A stretch of 64,000 bases of DNA from Tubiluchus corallicola (taxonomy: Eukaryota > Animalia > Priapulida): positions 558,001 through 622,000 of the forward strand of contig JAQGDQ010000002.1 in assembly GCA_030141605.1 (NCBI GenBank). Direction: 5' to 3'. The translations under genes were made by a program, and so were the position numbers. Below, piece after piece: positions 38,018-50,749 of this stretch; the first letter of the stretch is position 1, and every line of letters begins with the position of its first letter. The notes under the pieces were generated by a model. That model did not search any database. It was not told where the DNA came from and saw only the letters and a list, made by a program, of their open reading frames with translations.

Positions 38018-38880
38018 GGCACTCTATTAGAATCCAGGTCCCGCTTGATTTTTGCTGAGCGATCGCCTATTTCGATATGATTGCTTAGCGATATAGCGCA
38101 TTATAACGATCTGCTCTGCGCATACGATAGGATGGTTGATCAGCCCGAGTTTCACTTGTAGGAGAATAAGTTAATTAAATAATACTATTAATAGAATATA
38201 GAAGTCTATTAAGTTTACCATTTGTTTTTATAAAAAACAAAAAATATAATTTTTGATGCATTTGATCATATAAAATGTATTTTAATCTGAATAAATAATT
38301 AAATAACTACATACAGTATTAAGCATTTTTGTTTCCAGAAGTTTGTTCAGGCTGAAATAGCTAATTTTTCATAATAACAATTAATATTATTGCCATTATT
38401 AATAATAACTAAGCGCAGTTAGATTTTAATTACCACAGAGTAATTTAATAATAATAATAATTTCATTTACGTACCTTTGAACTATTCATACCTAATTTTT
38501 AACGTTTTTCATTTTTAGCCTCGCGTGTTGTCTGGCACAGCAGGTTGTTTACATTAAATTTTAAACGAGCCGGGGGTGGACTGAACGTATACATAACAAG
38601 TAAATTTACATTGACAGAGGCGACGAAAAAAACGTTAATACCCAAATTTTTCTTGTTAAATTTTAGTCAAGGGTGGGCTGGATGCATATTAAAATTATTA
38701 TTACAGCAATTTAATTAGGTTAACAAAGACAACGGGAAAATGTGTAAGCTTTTGAGTGGATGGTATAATATTTTTATTTTACCATGAGAGCAGTGCACAT
38801 CATCATGTTGCGCTAAGCTATCATATCGATTAGGTTATCGCTCGGGGAAAATCGACCGGGACCTGGATTCTAATAGTGCC
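38018..38880. mobile_element. Merlin-like non-autonomous DNA transposon (863 bp)
   Basis: 8-bp TSD ACCTAGCT at 38010-38017 and 38881-38888; ~45-bp imperfect TIRs GGCACT(CT)ATTAGAATCCAGGTCCCG... GG termini with an 8-bp TSD fit the Merlin/IS1016 superfamily; the superfamily is an inference. Confidence 0.8.
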
Positions 38881-39202
38881 ACCTAGCTGACGAAGCCTGC
38901 TATTCAGTACCAGTTTCGAGTCAACCACTTACCACCAACAACCAAAATGACAGGTAAACGCAAAACCTAAATAACTTACTCCTAATACGCACCAAGCTAA
39001 TTTTTGAGTAATTTCTCAAAAAATACTTGTTCCACTTCTTTCGAGAAACTTAATTACAACTACTTTTGCTTTTGCCGCTTTCTTCTCTCTACAAGAACAG
39101 AAACCTTCGCTTCTGTGGAGTTTTACGTGAGTTTTACAGATAATTCTGTAAAGTCAAGGCAAAGCAAAAAAGTAGAAAAGAATACTAAGAGACTGTAGAC
39201 TG

Positions 39203-39570
39203 ACAGTGATTTGCGCTGAACATCGAACGTTCGAGTTCGAAACGAGTTTTTTAGTTCCAATTCGATTCGAACCTAAAATCATAAATTCGAATAATTCAGC
39301 ACTTCAGCCACATGTGCTCTTTATCATTAAAATGTTTGGAAAAGCAGCAATAGCACAATTTGGCTGCAGTTTCGTACAAAATTTTTAACAAACTAATAAT
39401 GGTTTTACTGCGGAACAAAATCAAGTAATGTGCATGATCTTTACTAGTTGTTTGAAAACTTGTTCGAAAATATTTCAAACTCAATTCTAATTCGATTCGG
39501 ATTCAAAATACTGAAATTTGGTTCAATTCGAAGTCGAAAGTCACAAATTCGATTCGGTTCGTGTAATAGG
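39203..39570. repeat. TTCGA-rich repeat, probable decayed MITE (boundaries approximate)
   Basis: Clusters of TTCGA/ATTCG at 39220-39292 and 39483-39561 flank an AT-rich core; a related reverse-complement fragment lies at 54425-54462. Confidence 0.55.
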
Positions 39571-40165
39571 GATCTGTAGGCGCTTTGTCATTGGAACGAT
39601 ACCTATTTACCTGAGCATCTGTTAGCTCGAAATCAGCTTATATTCCCTGTATAGATGGGATTCCACCCAGCTTCTGTAGCTTAGGCAGTTATAATAGGTG
39701 GTTTATTTATAGGCTCACCAGTTGACTTCATCAGCTAGCTAGTCAGTATAGGTTGAAACTAAAGCTAGAGTTAAGAGAGTTTAGGCAAAACACCAAGAAA
39801 ACTCAAAAGCAGGGTCGTTATCAGGGATTTGTTGTGGTTCTTATCATTGTCATTATTGTTATCATCACCATTATCAATATCAAGTGTTTATGAAGTGTAT
39901 ACCAAGGGAAAAATGAGTTTGACCATACTATATTGTTGAGAAGTAAAGCTATCATATATTTTGCGCCCAGATCGCAGATATAGCGTATGAACGTGTGGAT
40001 GTTCCTATGGCTTGAAATTTGATTGCTCAATTATACTTTTATTTCGTTTGTACTTATTGTTTTTGGTCCCCATTATTTTGTTAATTCTTTATTATTGTAT
40101 TTTAGTGAGCTTTTATATAATCAACTTTAAGTGTTGCATTCGAGATTCTCGTTGCTGGGTAATCC

Positions 40166-40176
40166 AAAATGGCGGC
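40166..40176 (+). promoter_or_regulatory. YY1-type motif near the putative first (non-coding) exon of the F-box gene
   Basis: AAAATGGCGGC matches the YY1 consensus and is followed by a GTAAGT donor at 40210. Confidence 0.4.
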
Positions 40177-40234
40177 TTCCATGTATACTGGTATCTGTAG
40201 ATTGTCTTCGTAAGTTTTTCTTGTTCATGGGTGT

Positions 40235-40430
40235 ATCTCCGTCAGAACAGTGTTTCCACTAATTAGTTCTCAAGGTCTACAGTCTCGTACGCCTTTGCTC
40301 GAGAGTAGAAATCAAAGTTGGATCCAAATCAATGCCAAGATGAGAGTAGCATACTGGGCTGACCATACATCAGACGCATGTTCCAGAATATGTCGAACAA
40401 CAGCTTAAAACATATAAGGCTATAAGCCTT
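40235..40430 (-). pseudogene. Highly decayed 3' fragment of a CR1/L2-type LINE
   Basis: Minus strand reads ALYV*AVVRHILEHASDVWS and later STLEQRR, resembling post-RT LINE motifs. Confidence 0.5.
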
Positions 40431-40749
40431 TTTATTTGTTCGTGTGTATTCTTCGTCTACTTCTATTATTAATGTAAAAATTCCCCAGATACAACTTTTC
40501 AAAACACCTCGCTTGTAAAAATATAACTATAAGTATAAGTTCACATCCTCACCCATCTACCTCACCATTATACACATATAGCTGTATAATACCACACGTA
40601 CAGCTCCATACGTTCTTGATTTAATTATACATTAAAGGAAAGGTCTACCGGATTTAAAGGAAAGTTATTGGAAGGAAGCTAAAGGAAAGGAAGGTTCACA
40701 ACTTTAATTTTAATGAATTTGCTGAACAAGTTTGGGTAGAAGTGAGCAC

Positions 40750-41760
40750 TACACGGAACTGCAAATATATAATAGAATGTATACAAAAGTCCTACTTCTA
40801 ATTCAGATAACAACAGATTACTATTGAGCCTATTAGAACATACATCAAAATATGCAAAATTCAACTTGTTGATTATGGATGATTTTAATTTTGCAAGACT
40901 GATAGTTGAACATTGGTGCTCAGTGACTCTGTTTGATTTGTGTGACACATCTATAGAATCACAATTTATAAATGTTGTGTACAATAATTTGCTCTACCAA
41001 CATGTGTTATGTAATACCCGATATAGACGAGGTCAATCTCCCAGCTGCCTAGATCTTGTTTTCAGCAACAATCCAGAATTAATTTATGAGGTTAAAACAC
41101 TTGTGCCATTAGGAAAGAGTGACCATTGTATGATAAACTTTTTTGTGTGTGCCAAACAGCATGGACTTAAAGCTCAAACAGGCAAACTAAACTATTTTAA
41201 AGCAAATTATGAACTTATACACAAACACTTGGCTCGCATCAGCTGGTCCACTTTATTACAAGATAACTCTGTAGAAAAAGCTTGGAGCGTCTTTGCATCT
41301 AAATATCATGAGAGTATAAAAACCAACACTCCTGTTAACAAGTCAAGTACAACTGGCAAGTTTGAACCTGCTTGGATCACTAAACAGTTATTAGCAGCAA
41401 TCAAACTGAAAAAAGCTAAGTGGCGAATTTATGAAGTAAAGAAGGATGCTGAAAGTTATCAACGTTATGTGCAACAAAGAAACTGAACAACTCAGATCGT
41501 GCGCAATGCAAAGAAGAATTGTGAGAGAACCTTGGTTGAGTGTGTACGAGAAAGACCAAAGCAATTCTGGGCATATGTAAATCAGAATCTAAATAAACGG
41601 GATATAGTTCCAACACTGAATAACAATGGTGTAGAAATCAGCAAGGATTTTGATAAGGCAGAGCTTTTAAATCAGTATTTTGCAAGTGTGTTTACTGATG
41701 AGGAAGAAGTTAATGTACGATTTGCCAGCCGAACAGAAAACTGTAAGTCATATAAGCATT
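40750..41760 (+). pseudogene. CR1/L2-type LINE ORF2 fragment (APE endonuclease C-terminal half plus linker, no RT)
   Basis: LLIMDDFN, SCLDLVFSNN, PLGKSDH, PAWIT, PKQFWAYV, KAELLNQYFASVFT; reading frame broken at 41486. Confidence 0.85.
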
Positions 41761-42382
41761 GCTGCGATGTCCTCAACAATTTCTTTGAGGGGGATTTTAT
41801 GCATTCAGCAGTCAGTCGCTTTAAATGATACACTTATACTATTTACAATAGTGAAAAACCTAGCCATCTAGGCTTAGTGGATTGACTGTTTATACCAATT
41901 TTAAACACGTTATAAACTGTGTCACAATATAATGTAAATAAACTGCAAAATGGCTGCTTGTGCACCTTGCAAAGCTCTCAGCTACTTCCTCTAACCTAGT
42001 GTGGTATGTGGAAAAATAAAAGTTCAAAGTTTATGAGCAAGTAACTACATCAACATAGGAAAAATTGTAAGAAAAAGGATCAGAGTGGGCTGCAGTAACT
42101 ACAGATGGAATAAATATTAACTGACACTGTATAAAGGCTGTAGTTAACAATGAGATTGGTATTTAAAGTGTGTGAGGATGTCACACATGAATGCAAAAGT
42201 AATGTGAGTCACTACAGATGTTTATATTTTGAATCACAAAGTTGTTCTTATTGTTCATGTATGCTATCTACAATGCATGGAAACCTATTATAATATGACA
42301 ACACATAGTTCAGAATTCAGCTAAATCAGGCCCTGCAATTCTGTATTCAGTTTACTTTCTCATTTTTCTAGGCACTAGCAGT

Positions 42383-44734
42383 ATGCCAAAAGTACAAGCA
42401 AAATGTTCAAAGACTGTTTTCAAAAAATCTCAGGGATCGATCACAAAAAATGAAGTCTGCTACATCAGTTATGTTCCTGACTCTATTCTGCTATTGATTT
42501 TCTACTTTCTTGATGCCGCTGACATATGCAGAGCTTCCAGGTTGGTATCTTTATCACACATATATCTGTGACATATATGTCACATCACACCAAAATTTCT
42601 GTATGGTAGTAGATATAATTTCTGCTTTTCCTGATACTAACGATGCTTTTACTCTTTCTTACGAAATTGACATAAAATTGACAAAACGGACTAAACTAGC
42701 ACATTTTTTTAAACTTATAAAATTGCTGCGGGTCATCAGAATGGGTCCATAAATTGTATGTCTCTGCTACTACCACTTACTCTTATTTTTTATGCACCCA
42801 ATTTTCAATTACATATTATCCTTTTTTATACAAATCTATTGGCGTACGAGGCTGGGGTCGAGGGTCGGAGGGAGTCAGTTGCCCTCCCAGAGCAAATGAA
42901 TTTTACATTTTAGGCCTAAAACTATTTATTTTCAGGGCAAATAAATGTATAGTAAAATTTCCAAATTTAATATTGAATATTAAAAAAATGCTGAAAATGC
43001 ACAAGAATAAAATTTGTAAGCCCTTAGGCTTTAAAGAATGCAAAAGTAAACTTACAATTTCATTTTTCTAAAAATTTTGACTAATTTCTGCTTGAAAAAT
43101 GAAAATATTCGTAAAGTTTTTCACAGCGTTTGTTTTTAGCATTAAATTTACACATGTTTGCATTCACTACAACATTTAACAATGCTGTTGTATCGTTTGG
43201 AACAGGAATTCCGATTAGAAAGAATTGTAAATTGTATTACTTCATTAAATAGTCGTCATTATCATCGGCTTAAATTTCGTTTAAAAAACACTTAAATCTT
43301 GTCGATGCATGTTGGTGGTTGCAAATGGGCCTCACAAGCTGAGCGCCTCTCTTTATCTAAATCTTGCGCTGAGTAGGCCTATAAATGTTGTGTTTTTTAG
43401 ACAATCTATATTCCTTATAAGTATATATGTACCCGGCTGTTTGCACATATTTGGAAATGATACAGGCTATGCCAAGTTAGAAAATTTTTGGGGCAAATTC
43501 CTTCTGGCCCCCTTGTGAGACTTCTTCTCGTATGCCTATGTACAAATCATACCCAGACAAAGGTTATGGCCACTCATGGTAATGAGTTACAGTAAGAACA
43601 GTAAAATTTAAGAATGTACATCCACAGAAATAGAAGTTTGGTAACTCATTTGCTAGTGATAGAAGAAAGTCATCTTTATGAGTGTCTTTTTTTTTCTTCT
43701 TTAGGGTCTGTAAACGTTGGAATCATATCTCTTATGATGTTTCGCTGTGGCGACGAGTCTGCATTAAAAACCTTAAGAAGCTAAAGCAAGTTACTTCCTT
43801 TGTACGAACTCGAGTAGGCTTAAAGGTGCAGTTGACAAATTTGCATATCTCAGGGTATTATAGCGCTTTACACAAGCCTGAACCTTATGCATTAACTTTA
43901 TCAATTGCTCCTGTTAGAAGACTTGCATCACAATGTCCTAATCTTACAAGCTTACATTTACATCGCATCAATCTCAAAAATGTTACATTTTCCTCTTTTC
44001 CTGCTACTGTTCGCGAACTATGTCTGTTTAGTTGTGATGTGCCATTCAGGTGGTTTGTTCTTGCAGATGTGGCGGATTATAATGCTTTGACTAATCTGAC
44101 ATTGTTGGATATTAGTAATATAAGAGCTGTAAGAGATGAAGATATTAAATGTTTAACAAAGTACTGCAAATTGTTAGAAACACTAAGAATTGCCGGATGT
44201 TATCGATTGACTATTAGCAGCTTGCAGTCACCATTACGAAGACTGAAAAATTTAAAAGAATTTTCTGTAGATTTTGTTAGCTTGACAGAGTATGGCTTGG
44301 GAGGTTATATTCCCGTTCCCACGGGGCAAGAAAAGTTAGTTAAATTCCAGTTTGGCTCATTTAAGAGTAGGACACAGCCAATTGATTATAAACTTTGGAT
44401 GACACATGTAGTTAACAAAATGAGCAATTTAGAAACTCTTGTTATAATTGATTCTGGCTTGGCTTCAAGTGAAACTTTACTTACAGTCAGTGAACTAGCA
44501 AAACACCTTGACCAGTCTCGGTTAAAAAAGCTAAAGACTTTCCAGCTTCAAATATCTTGTTTTTGGGAAGACAAGAAACTTAACCATTTACTGAGGAAAC
44601 TGAAAAACCAATTTTGCGGAGATGGACTAAAATTTGAAATTTTAGACTTGGCAGATAAGTCTTGTGATCATGTTACTTGTGATCGGGAATCTCGTGACCC
44701 GTGTGATGTTGCCAACGAAAATTATGATTATTGA
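42383..44734 (+). CDS. FBXL12: F-box/LRR protein, FBXL12-like, about 395 aa, 2 coding exons
   Basis: Exons 42383-42540 and 43705-44734 join in phase 2, giving F-box VPDSILLLIFYFLDAADICRASRVCKRWNHISYDVSLWRRV. The following LHISGY...LASQCPNLTSLHL...SFPATVRELCLFSC resembles FBXL12. A splice acceptor at 42370-42371 implies an upstream non-coding exon. The F-box/LRR call is firm, the orthology less so. Confidence 0.75.
42837..43540. mobile_element. Non-autonomous DNA transposon with 8-bp TSD (P-element/hAT-like, 704 bp) in the F-box gene intron
   Basis: TSD TACAAATC at 42829-42836 and 43541-43548; termini TATTGGCGTACGAG ... CTCGTATGCCTATG. Confidence 0.8.
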
Positions 44735-46139
44735 CTTCAAATGTTCATAGGTATTTGACAATTCACTTACTTTAAGTAGCCTAATTTACTTGTTATCCTA
44801 AATTGAAACTATGTTCATAGTTTTGTAACTATCTATAATTGAGAACAATTTTGAACATATTATTCCTGGAGAGACCTATAAATTTGTGAATGTTGTGACA
44901 CATACCTATAGTATTCTAAGTGAAATAGTGGTGAGCTGTGAATCTAGTAAAAAATTTTCCTATACCTGGGCTATATGTCCATTTCTTTTCTGTTAACTTT
45001 TTGAACTGTTACTATTTTATTGCTTATAGCTTGTGTGTAAATATTTTTGATCTGAATAATGACGAACGCCAATTAGCTGTAATTTTGACTTCACATGTTA
45101 TTTACATAGTCGTTGATGAGGTATTTTCATTAAATAAGTCAATTCGATGTAAGTGAGGCAATAAATTAATCGGTAATTCATGATATATGTACACATGCTT
45201 TTGTGTTATGGAGTATGGATCAGTTGTAAATTGTTTCAGAAATAAACTGAGTTACCAAAGATAATTAACTAAATCAAGTGTAATATATAAGTAACTCTTT
45301 TATTAACATAGTTTAAACTTGATTAACCAAATCGCATAAAACTCATGGCAATAGGCTAGCTGTAGTTATTATCTTATTACATATCAGTTTAGCTATCGCT
45401 AGCGGAAGAACTACAGTACAAGTCAGTACAAGCAAGGAAGTACATCATCAGTTTAACAACATCAATTTTGTTTGCTATTTCTGTTTTATGCAGTTTGCAG
45501 AAAGTGCTAAAATACTATCATTGTAAATAACATAGTTTGTTAGTTTTCAGCAGAAGATTTTCCTGAATTGATTTACAAAGATGAGTTAACTTTTTTGTTG
45601 CATTTTGTTCCAGAATTTGGAAACTGTACTAATAAAATATCTCTTTGTTTGAATCTAGGTAGCGATTTCTTGTTTTCATGACTAGTTTTTTTCTGTTTGT
45701 AGATGTCTAGAGAACTACTCGATTATGACATCTTTATATTGCCATAACTTTGCTCCCAGAAATCAGAAAATTATTTAGTTATATAGAGAACTAGAGTTGG
45801 ATATTTGAATGGGAAATGTTGTATCTCCTCATTAATCCTATTTAAACATTTCAAGATAGTGCTTTCTTATACTAAGTGCACCTTATAGGAATTTGTTGCT
45901 GCAAGTTTTTCTATTGATTAATGACAGTTATATGAATTAGAAAAATGGTATGTTTGCTTATGTTTCCTATTGAGCAATTTTATATTTCCGTACATTTTTG
46001 CAGCTGTTGTTGGGCTTCTGTGAGCAAAGCTTTTCAGTACATATTATTTAGTGTAGACCTTAGTTTTTGGTCGAGGGGTTAGACCCAAATCACTACTTTC
46101 TGGATGTTGTTATTGGTCTTGTTACCAAGGGAGGACATT

Positions 46140-46700
46140 TTGAAAAAAGCATAAGACTTCATGAATTTGCAATGGATAATCATGAAACTTCACGAATGTA
46201 CTAGAACCAATTCCGCTTCGACTGACAGAGTCGAATTGAAACATAATACATGGCAACAAAAACATTATTTTAGAAAAAATCCTAAGGCTTTACCAGTTCA
46301 CAATGTATCATCATAAAACTTTATAGAAATATACTATAATAAATTTCTCATAGATTGATGAAGTCGGATTTTCGTTCTGCTGAGATGGCGGCGAGAACAT
46401 AATTTTTGAAAAAACATAAAGCTCGCCAATTTGCAATAGATCATCATGAAATTTATAGAAATATACCAGAACAAATTCTGCATAGGTTGACGAAGACAGA
46501 CTTTTGGACTACCATGTTGAATTCTAGATGCCAGCAATAACATCATTCTAGAGAAAAGCCTATGGCTCTATCAATTTGCAATGGATCATCATGGAACCCA
46601 CAGGAATATACTAGAATGAATTCTGCATCGATTGACAGAGTCAGATTTTAGATTTGCCATCTTAAATTCAAGATGGCGGCATTGACATCATTTGTATTCC
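46140..46700. repeat. Four degenerate ~130-145-bp tandem units, probably internal to an old DNA transposon
   Basis: TTGCAATGGATCATCATGAAA...ATATACTAGAA...AATTC...TGACAGAGTC recurs at about 46167, 46297, 46430 and 46576. Confidence 0.7.
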
Positions 46701-47696
46701 ACGATCTTGAATTCAGCAAATCCCTCAACCTATAATTCGAGTCATACTTGTTTAACCAAGGCAACTCTAACATACCTTATGCCGAATATCAACAAACTTT
46801 GTTCTGATTTATATTTGTCATACCTGTACAGCCTGAGTGGAGAACCTATGCTTATTTGAGTGGGTTGCGAGTTTATTTGGCTAGATGAAAGACTACTTTG
46901 TGAGTTTGGTAAATTTGCTGTGATTATTATTTGCCAAACTATGGTATGAAAACCGTGTAAAATTAGATACACAGCATTATGTATATTAAAACACAGTAAT
47001 GAAATTATAAAATCATTTTATATAATGACAGAGCTAAAATCGATCTAATATTCTGTTTAACTGTTCAGTTTGAGTTAACAATTATGTAACATATTTATTG
47101 TTAGGTATTATTCTTGAGCATGATATTACAACACAACTTAAAGCGAGAGAACACATTTTGCACCCAGTTCGAACCTTTATATCATTGTACGTTTAGTCAA
47201 AATTGTAACCTTTGTTTAAAAATTCTCTGCATTCACCGCATTGTGCACTGACATTGATTGTTTCTCTTGAAAGTGCTTTTGAGAAAACATTGTGAGAAAT
47301 CAGGATTGATCATTATTTCAAAGTTCATATTTTGACCAGCTTAATTGCTTAATAGAATTCAGAGTAAACAGTAAATTATTACATTGTTTCTGCAACTATA
47401 AATTACATACTTCTGTCAATATTCATATGATGAAATAAGCTCAGGGTGTGTGCTCTCTAAATGATCGGATCACTGTTTATTGTCAAAATAATTGTTTTTT
47501 TAGCGACAGCTCAGGTCCTGGACAGCAAACATATTTTGGTCTTACGTTAGCCTAACTACTCTTTTAGGCTAATTATTTTCTTCATATTTTGAGTTACAAT
47601 AGAGTAATCAGTTTTTACTATTAATGTTAAAATGAGCTGTACAAAGTATAGTAAATTTTTACACATATCTAAACCTGATAATATATACATCACAAA

Positions 47697-47783
47697 ATCT
47701 GATAATTATAACCAGTAATCTGATAATTATAACTTAGTGCATGACCAGTCATCTGATAATTATAACTTAGTGCATGACCAGTA
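47697..47783. repeat. Short tandem duplication (21+33+33 bp)
   Basis: ATCTGATAATTATAAC occurs three times, two of them followed by TTAGTGCATGACCAGT. Confidence 0.85.
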
Positions 47784-49125
47784 AGCAATCTCTAAAGGCA
47801 ACAGCGATATTTCTTGAGATAAGTTGACTTAATATTGTTGTGCGACTAGGTGTGTGTGAAATGTTTCTATACATGTTTGTAAGATGTGTATAATTCAGAT
47901 AGTTAATTCTGATATGCAGCACAAACTTTTTGTGGCAAAAATAATGGCAGTTTCTAAGACTGCAATAATTATTGCATCTATATTTACTTTTATTACTAAC
48001 TTCTTGTATTTTACCTTTAATGTCAAATGAAAATACATATTGTAAGTGTCATATTTTTGAATAGAATTTAATTTTATACATCTTGCATAAATATTAAATC
48101 ATCCTCTTAAACTATATTGAGCCATCAAGTTCATGTGAGGCTCATATTTAAAAGAACATTCCTCATAGTACTGAGAACAGTAGTCTAAAAACAATTCTGC
48201 TGCTTAGTCTCTTTCTTAACTTTCCTTTGCAACTGGTGTAGGAAATAAATTACAGTACGTAAATTACAATCGGGGTTTTGTTAATAGTTTTGTCCAACTG
48301 CCATTTGTTCGCTACCAGCATCTTGACATACACAGTTGTTTTTGTAGTTTTTGTTATCTTTTGCTACCTACTGGCAAAAACACTATTAGCATAACCAGCT
48401 GTGTATTTAACCGTTTGGTAACTGATGGTTAGTGAATACTGCAGTTAAAAAACCCTTTCACTTGTCTCATGGTTACAGTCAGCATTTATTTAAAAGGAAG
48501 TTTGAACAAATCAAAGTCATACAACAAGACTAACATTTAGAAAATGCATCTCGTGAAACTAAAAACATACTAAAAAATGAGATTATTTTTGCTATAAACT
48601 GACTGCCAAAGTGTTTAAAACAAATATACGTCAACTTTCTACAGTTTACAATCTTTATTTGTTTTCGTGGGAACAATTTAGAAATCAAATTTGCTTAGAC
48701 AAGTCTTTGTAAAGCTCAACAACATTTATATGCAATATCATTAAAAAGTTCTTACTGTTTATGTTTCCCTAAAAGTATTAAGATTTATACAAGACTTGCA
48801 TGCATAAATGTCAACAACCTTTTTCAGAATAATAAGAGTTATGTACTAAATAAACATTAGTATTTCAGATTGTGTAATACAAAACAGACAGCCACGATTT
48901 TCGAGATCAGTCTCTCGAGGAAGTCAAAGCAATTTCTAAACAAATTAACTGTGGTGAGCAATAAAAAAAATTGTAAATGTTCTAGCACAACTGCAATTCA
49001 CTATACATTGCAATCAAATTTTATGAAATAACAAAGTAAAATCATGATACATAGTTAAATACTCTGTAAATAAAACAAAAAAAAAACAACATTCATTAAT
49101 CAGATGTACACATATAATACAAAAA

Positions 49126-50592
49126 TTATCTTATTCTGGTAAATAGGTTAAGAACGGACTTCGATTCTTTCTGAGAACGAGCTTTGCTAAACACATTCCA
49201 AAATCGTAGAGTCTCGTCACCCGCACCTGTTACAATAGCTTCACCATCTGGTGACATAGCTAGGTAAAGAACTCTATATGAATGTCCAGTTAGCTTAGCA
49301 ACTTGCATTAATGATGGGTATTTCCAAACAAGTATTTGGTTTTGTGAATATCCATGTGTACTGACAAGTTCACTAGCATGTTTACTCCACGCAAGGTTGC
49401 AAACCTGGCTGCCAGTGTCGACACACTGCAATGGCTGTCCCGTTAAGGTGTTCCAAAAACGGATACACCTGTCTGCAGTACCACCGCCGCTGGCGAGCAG
49501 ACCATGATGATGTGGTGACCACGCGATTGCTTTTACGGCTGCCACATGTTCTGTATACTGCTGAACTGGTGTAAGGCTTGACAAGTTCCAAACAAACAGT
49601 TTGTTATCATTTCCGCCAGATGCCAGGTGCTGCCGATCAGGTGACCACTTCAAGCCACACACTTCCTGCCTATGTCCAACAAGTCTACGCTCAGCTATAA
49701 TAGATGGTGTTCTAACATCTCGTTGCAGTATAAGCCTGTCACGGCTGCCAGATGATAACACATCGGTGTTCCAAGCAAGTGCTCCCACTCTAGCACCATG
49801 TCCTTCCAAGACAGATATACGTTTATTAGCAGTAACGTCCCATACTTGTACGAGTCCTTTGTTTGTTCCCACAGCAACCAGATGGCCACGTTCTGCCCAA
49901 GAGACAGAAGTAACCGAGTCCCCGTCTGAAGCCAAATCGCATAGTCTAGTCACCTGACTTGTGCATGCACTCCAGAGGTAGACACATGTTCCGAGCCCAA
50001 CACTAAGGACATTCTGTGATGACCAGTCAACTAAATTCAAGTAGAAATCGTCCTGCAGCTCCGGAGCATCTAATACTTTGAACGGAATTTTTGAAATTTT
50101 GCGTGATGCTTTGCGCGGTGAACGAAGAAGCTTTTGACTCTTACTACCAACAGGTGAAAGAGAATATGGTGACATAACCTCATCTGCATCAACGTATCGT
50201 TTAGAGGTATAATGAAACAGATTTTTAGTTTCTTTGGGCGAGAGTACCCTCCGTTCCTCAGACTGAGGGTCACTTTTTAAATCTTCAATATTAGCACCCA
50301 GCAATTCATTTTTTAGCAAACAGTTGTAAGCTTGAGTCTCTTTATTACCTTCAACCGTGTTGTCCCGAGTTTTACGAGATGACACTGGTGAAGAACTATT
50401 CTGAGCATTTATCAATGACATTCCAACTTGCCAGTTTGCTCCACTACGAGATGGTATGAAACGATCTCCATAGTTGTCCCTGGGCGAACCCGTCGGTAGT
50501 AATTTGGAAGTAGAAGGAGATGTTACAGGAGATAACACCGTACTCTGACCATTTTGTTGCCGAAGAAGTCTCCGTTGATATTCAATATCCAT
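49126..50592 (-). CDS. FZR1: Fizzy-related / Cdh1 APC/C co-activator, 488 aa, intronless CDS
   Basis: MDIEYQRRLLRQ start, C-box DRFIPSR, KIPFKVLDAPELQDDFYLNLVDWS, WD40 propeller, C-terminal IR tail (FTRIR*). Confidence 0.97.
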   Translation of the reverse strand: MDIEYQRRLLRQQNGQSTVLSPVTSPSTSKLLPTGSPRDNYGDRFIPSRSGANWQVGMSLINAQNSSSPVSSRKTRDNTVEGNKETQAYNCLLKNELLGANIEDLKSDPQSEERRVLSPKETKNLFHYTSKRYVDADEVMSPYSLSPVGSKSQKLLRSPRKASRKISKIPFKVLDAPELQDDFYLNLVDWSSQNVLSVGLGTCVYLWSACTSQVTRLCDLASDGDSVTSVSWAERGHLVAVGTNKGLVQVWDVTANKRISVLEGHGARVGALAWNTDVLSSGSRDRLILQRDVRTPSIIAERRLVGHRQEVCGLKWSPDRQHLASGGNDNKLFVWNLSSLTPVQQYTEHVAAVKAIAWSPHHHGLLASGGGTADRCIRFWNTLTGQPLQCVDTGSQVCNLAWSKHASELVSTHGYSQNQILVWKYPSLMQVAKLTGHSYRVLYLAMSPDGEAIVTGAGDETLRFWNVFSKARSQKESKSVLNLFTRIR

Positions 50593-50749
50593 CTGCACAA
50601 TTCACTTGTTCAACATCTGTAACACTAACGAATACAAACACCGGTTAGTTTTCATTTGAACAAACCTAAAATTACTGTTAAAACACTTACAGCAAATTTA
50701 AACTATAAGTAGTGGAAACTACTAATGGTATGCTAACTAGTGTCATATA

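Noticed and set aside
46140-47783. Spaced repeats superficially like a CRISPR array
   Set aside because: Units are degenerate, the intervening sequences are homologous rather than unique, the context is eukaryotic and no cas genes are present.
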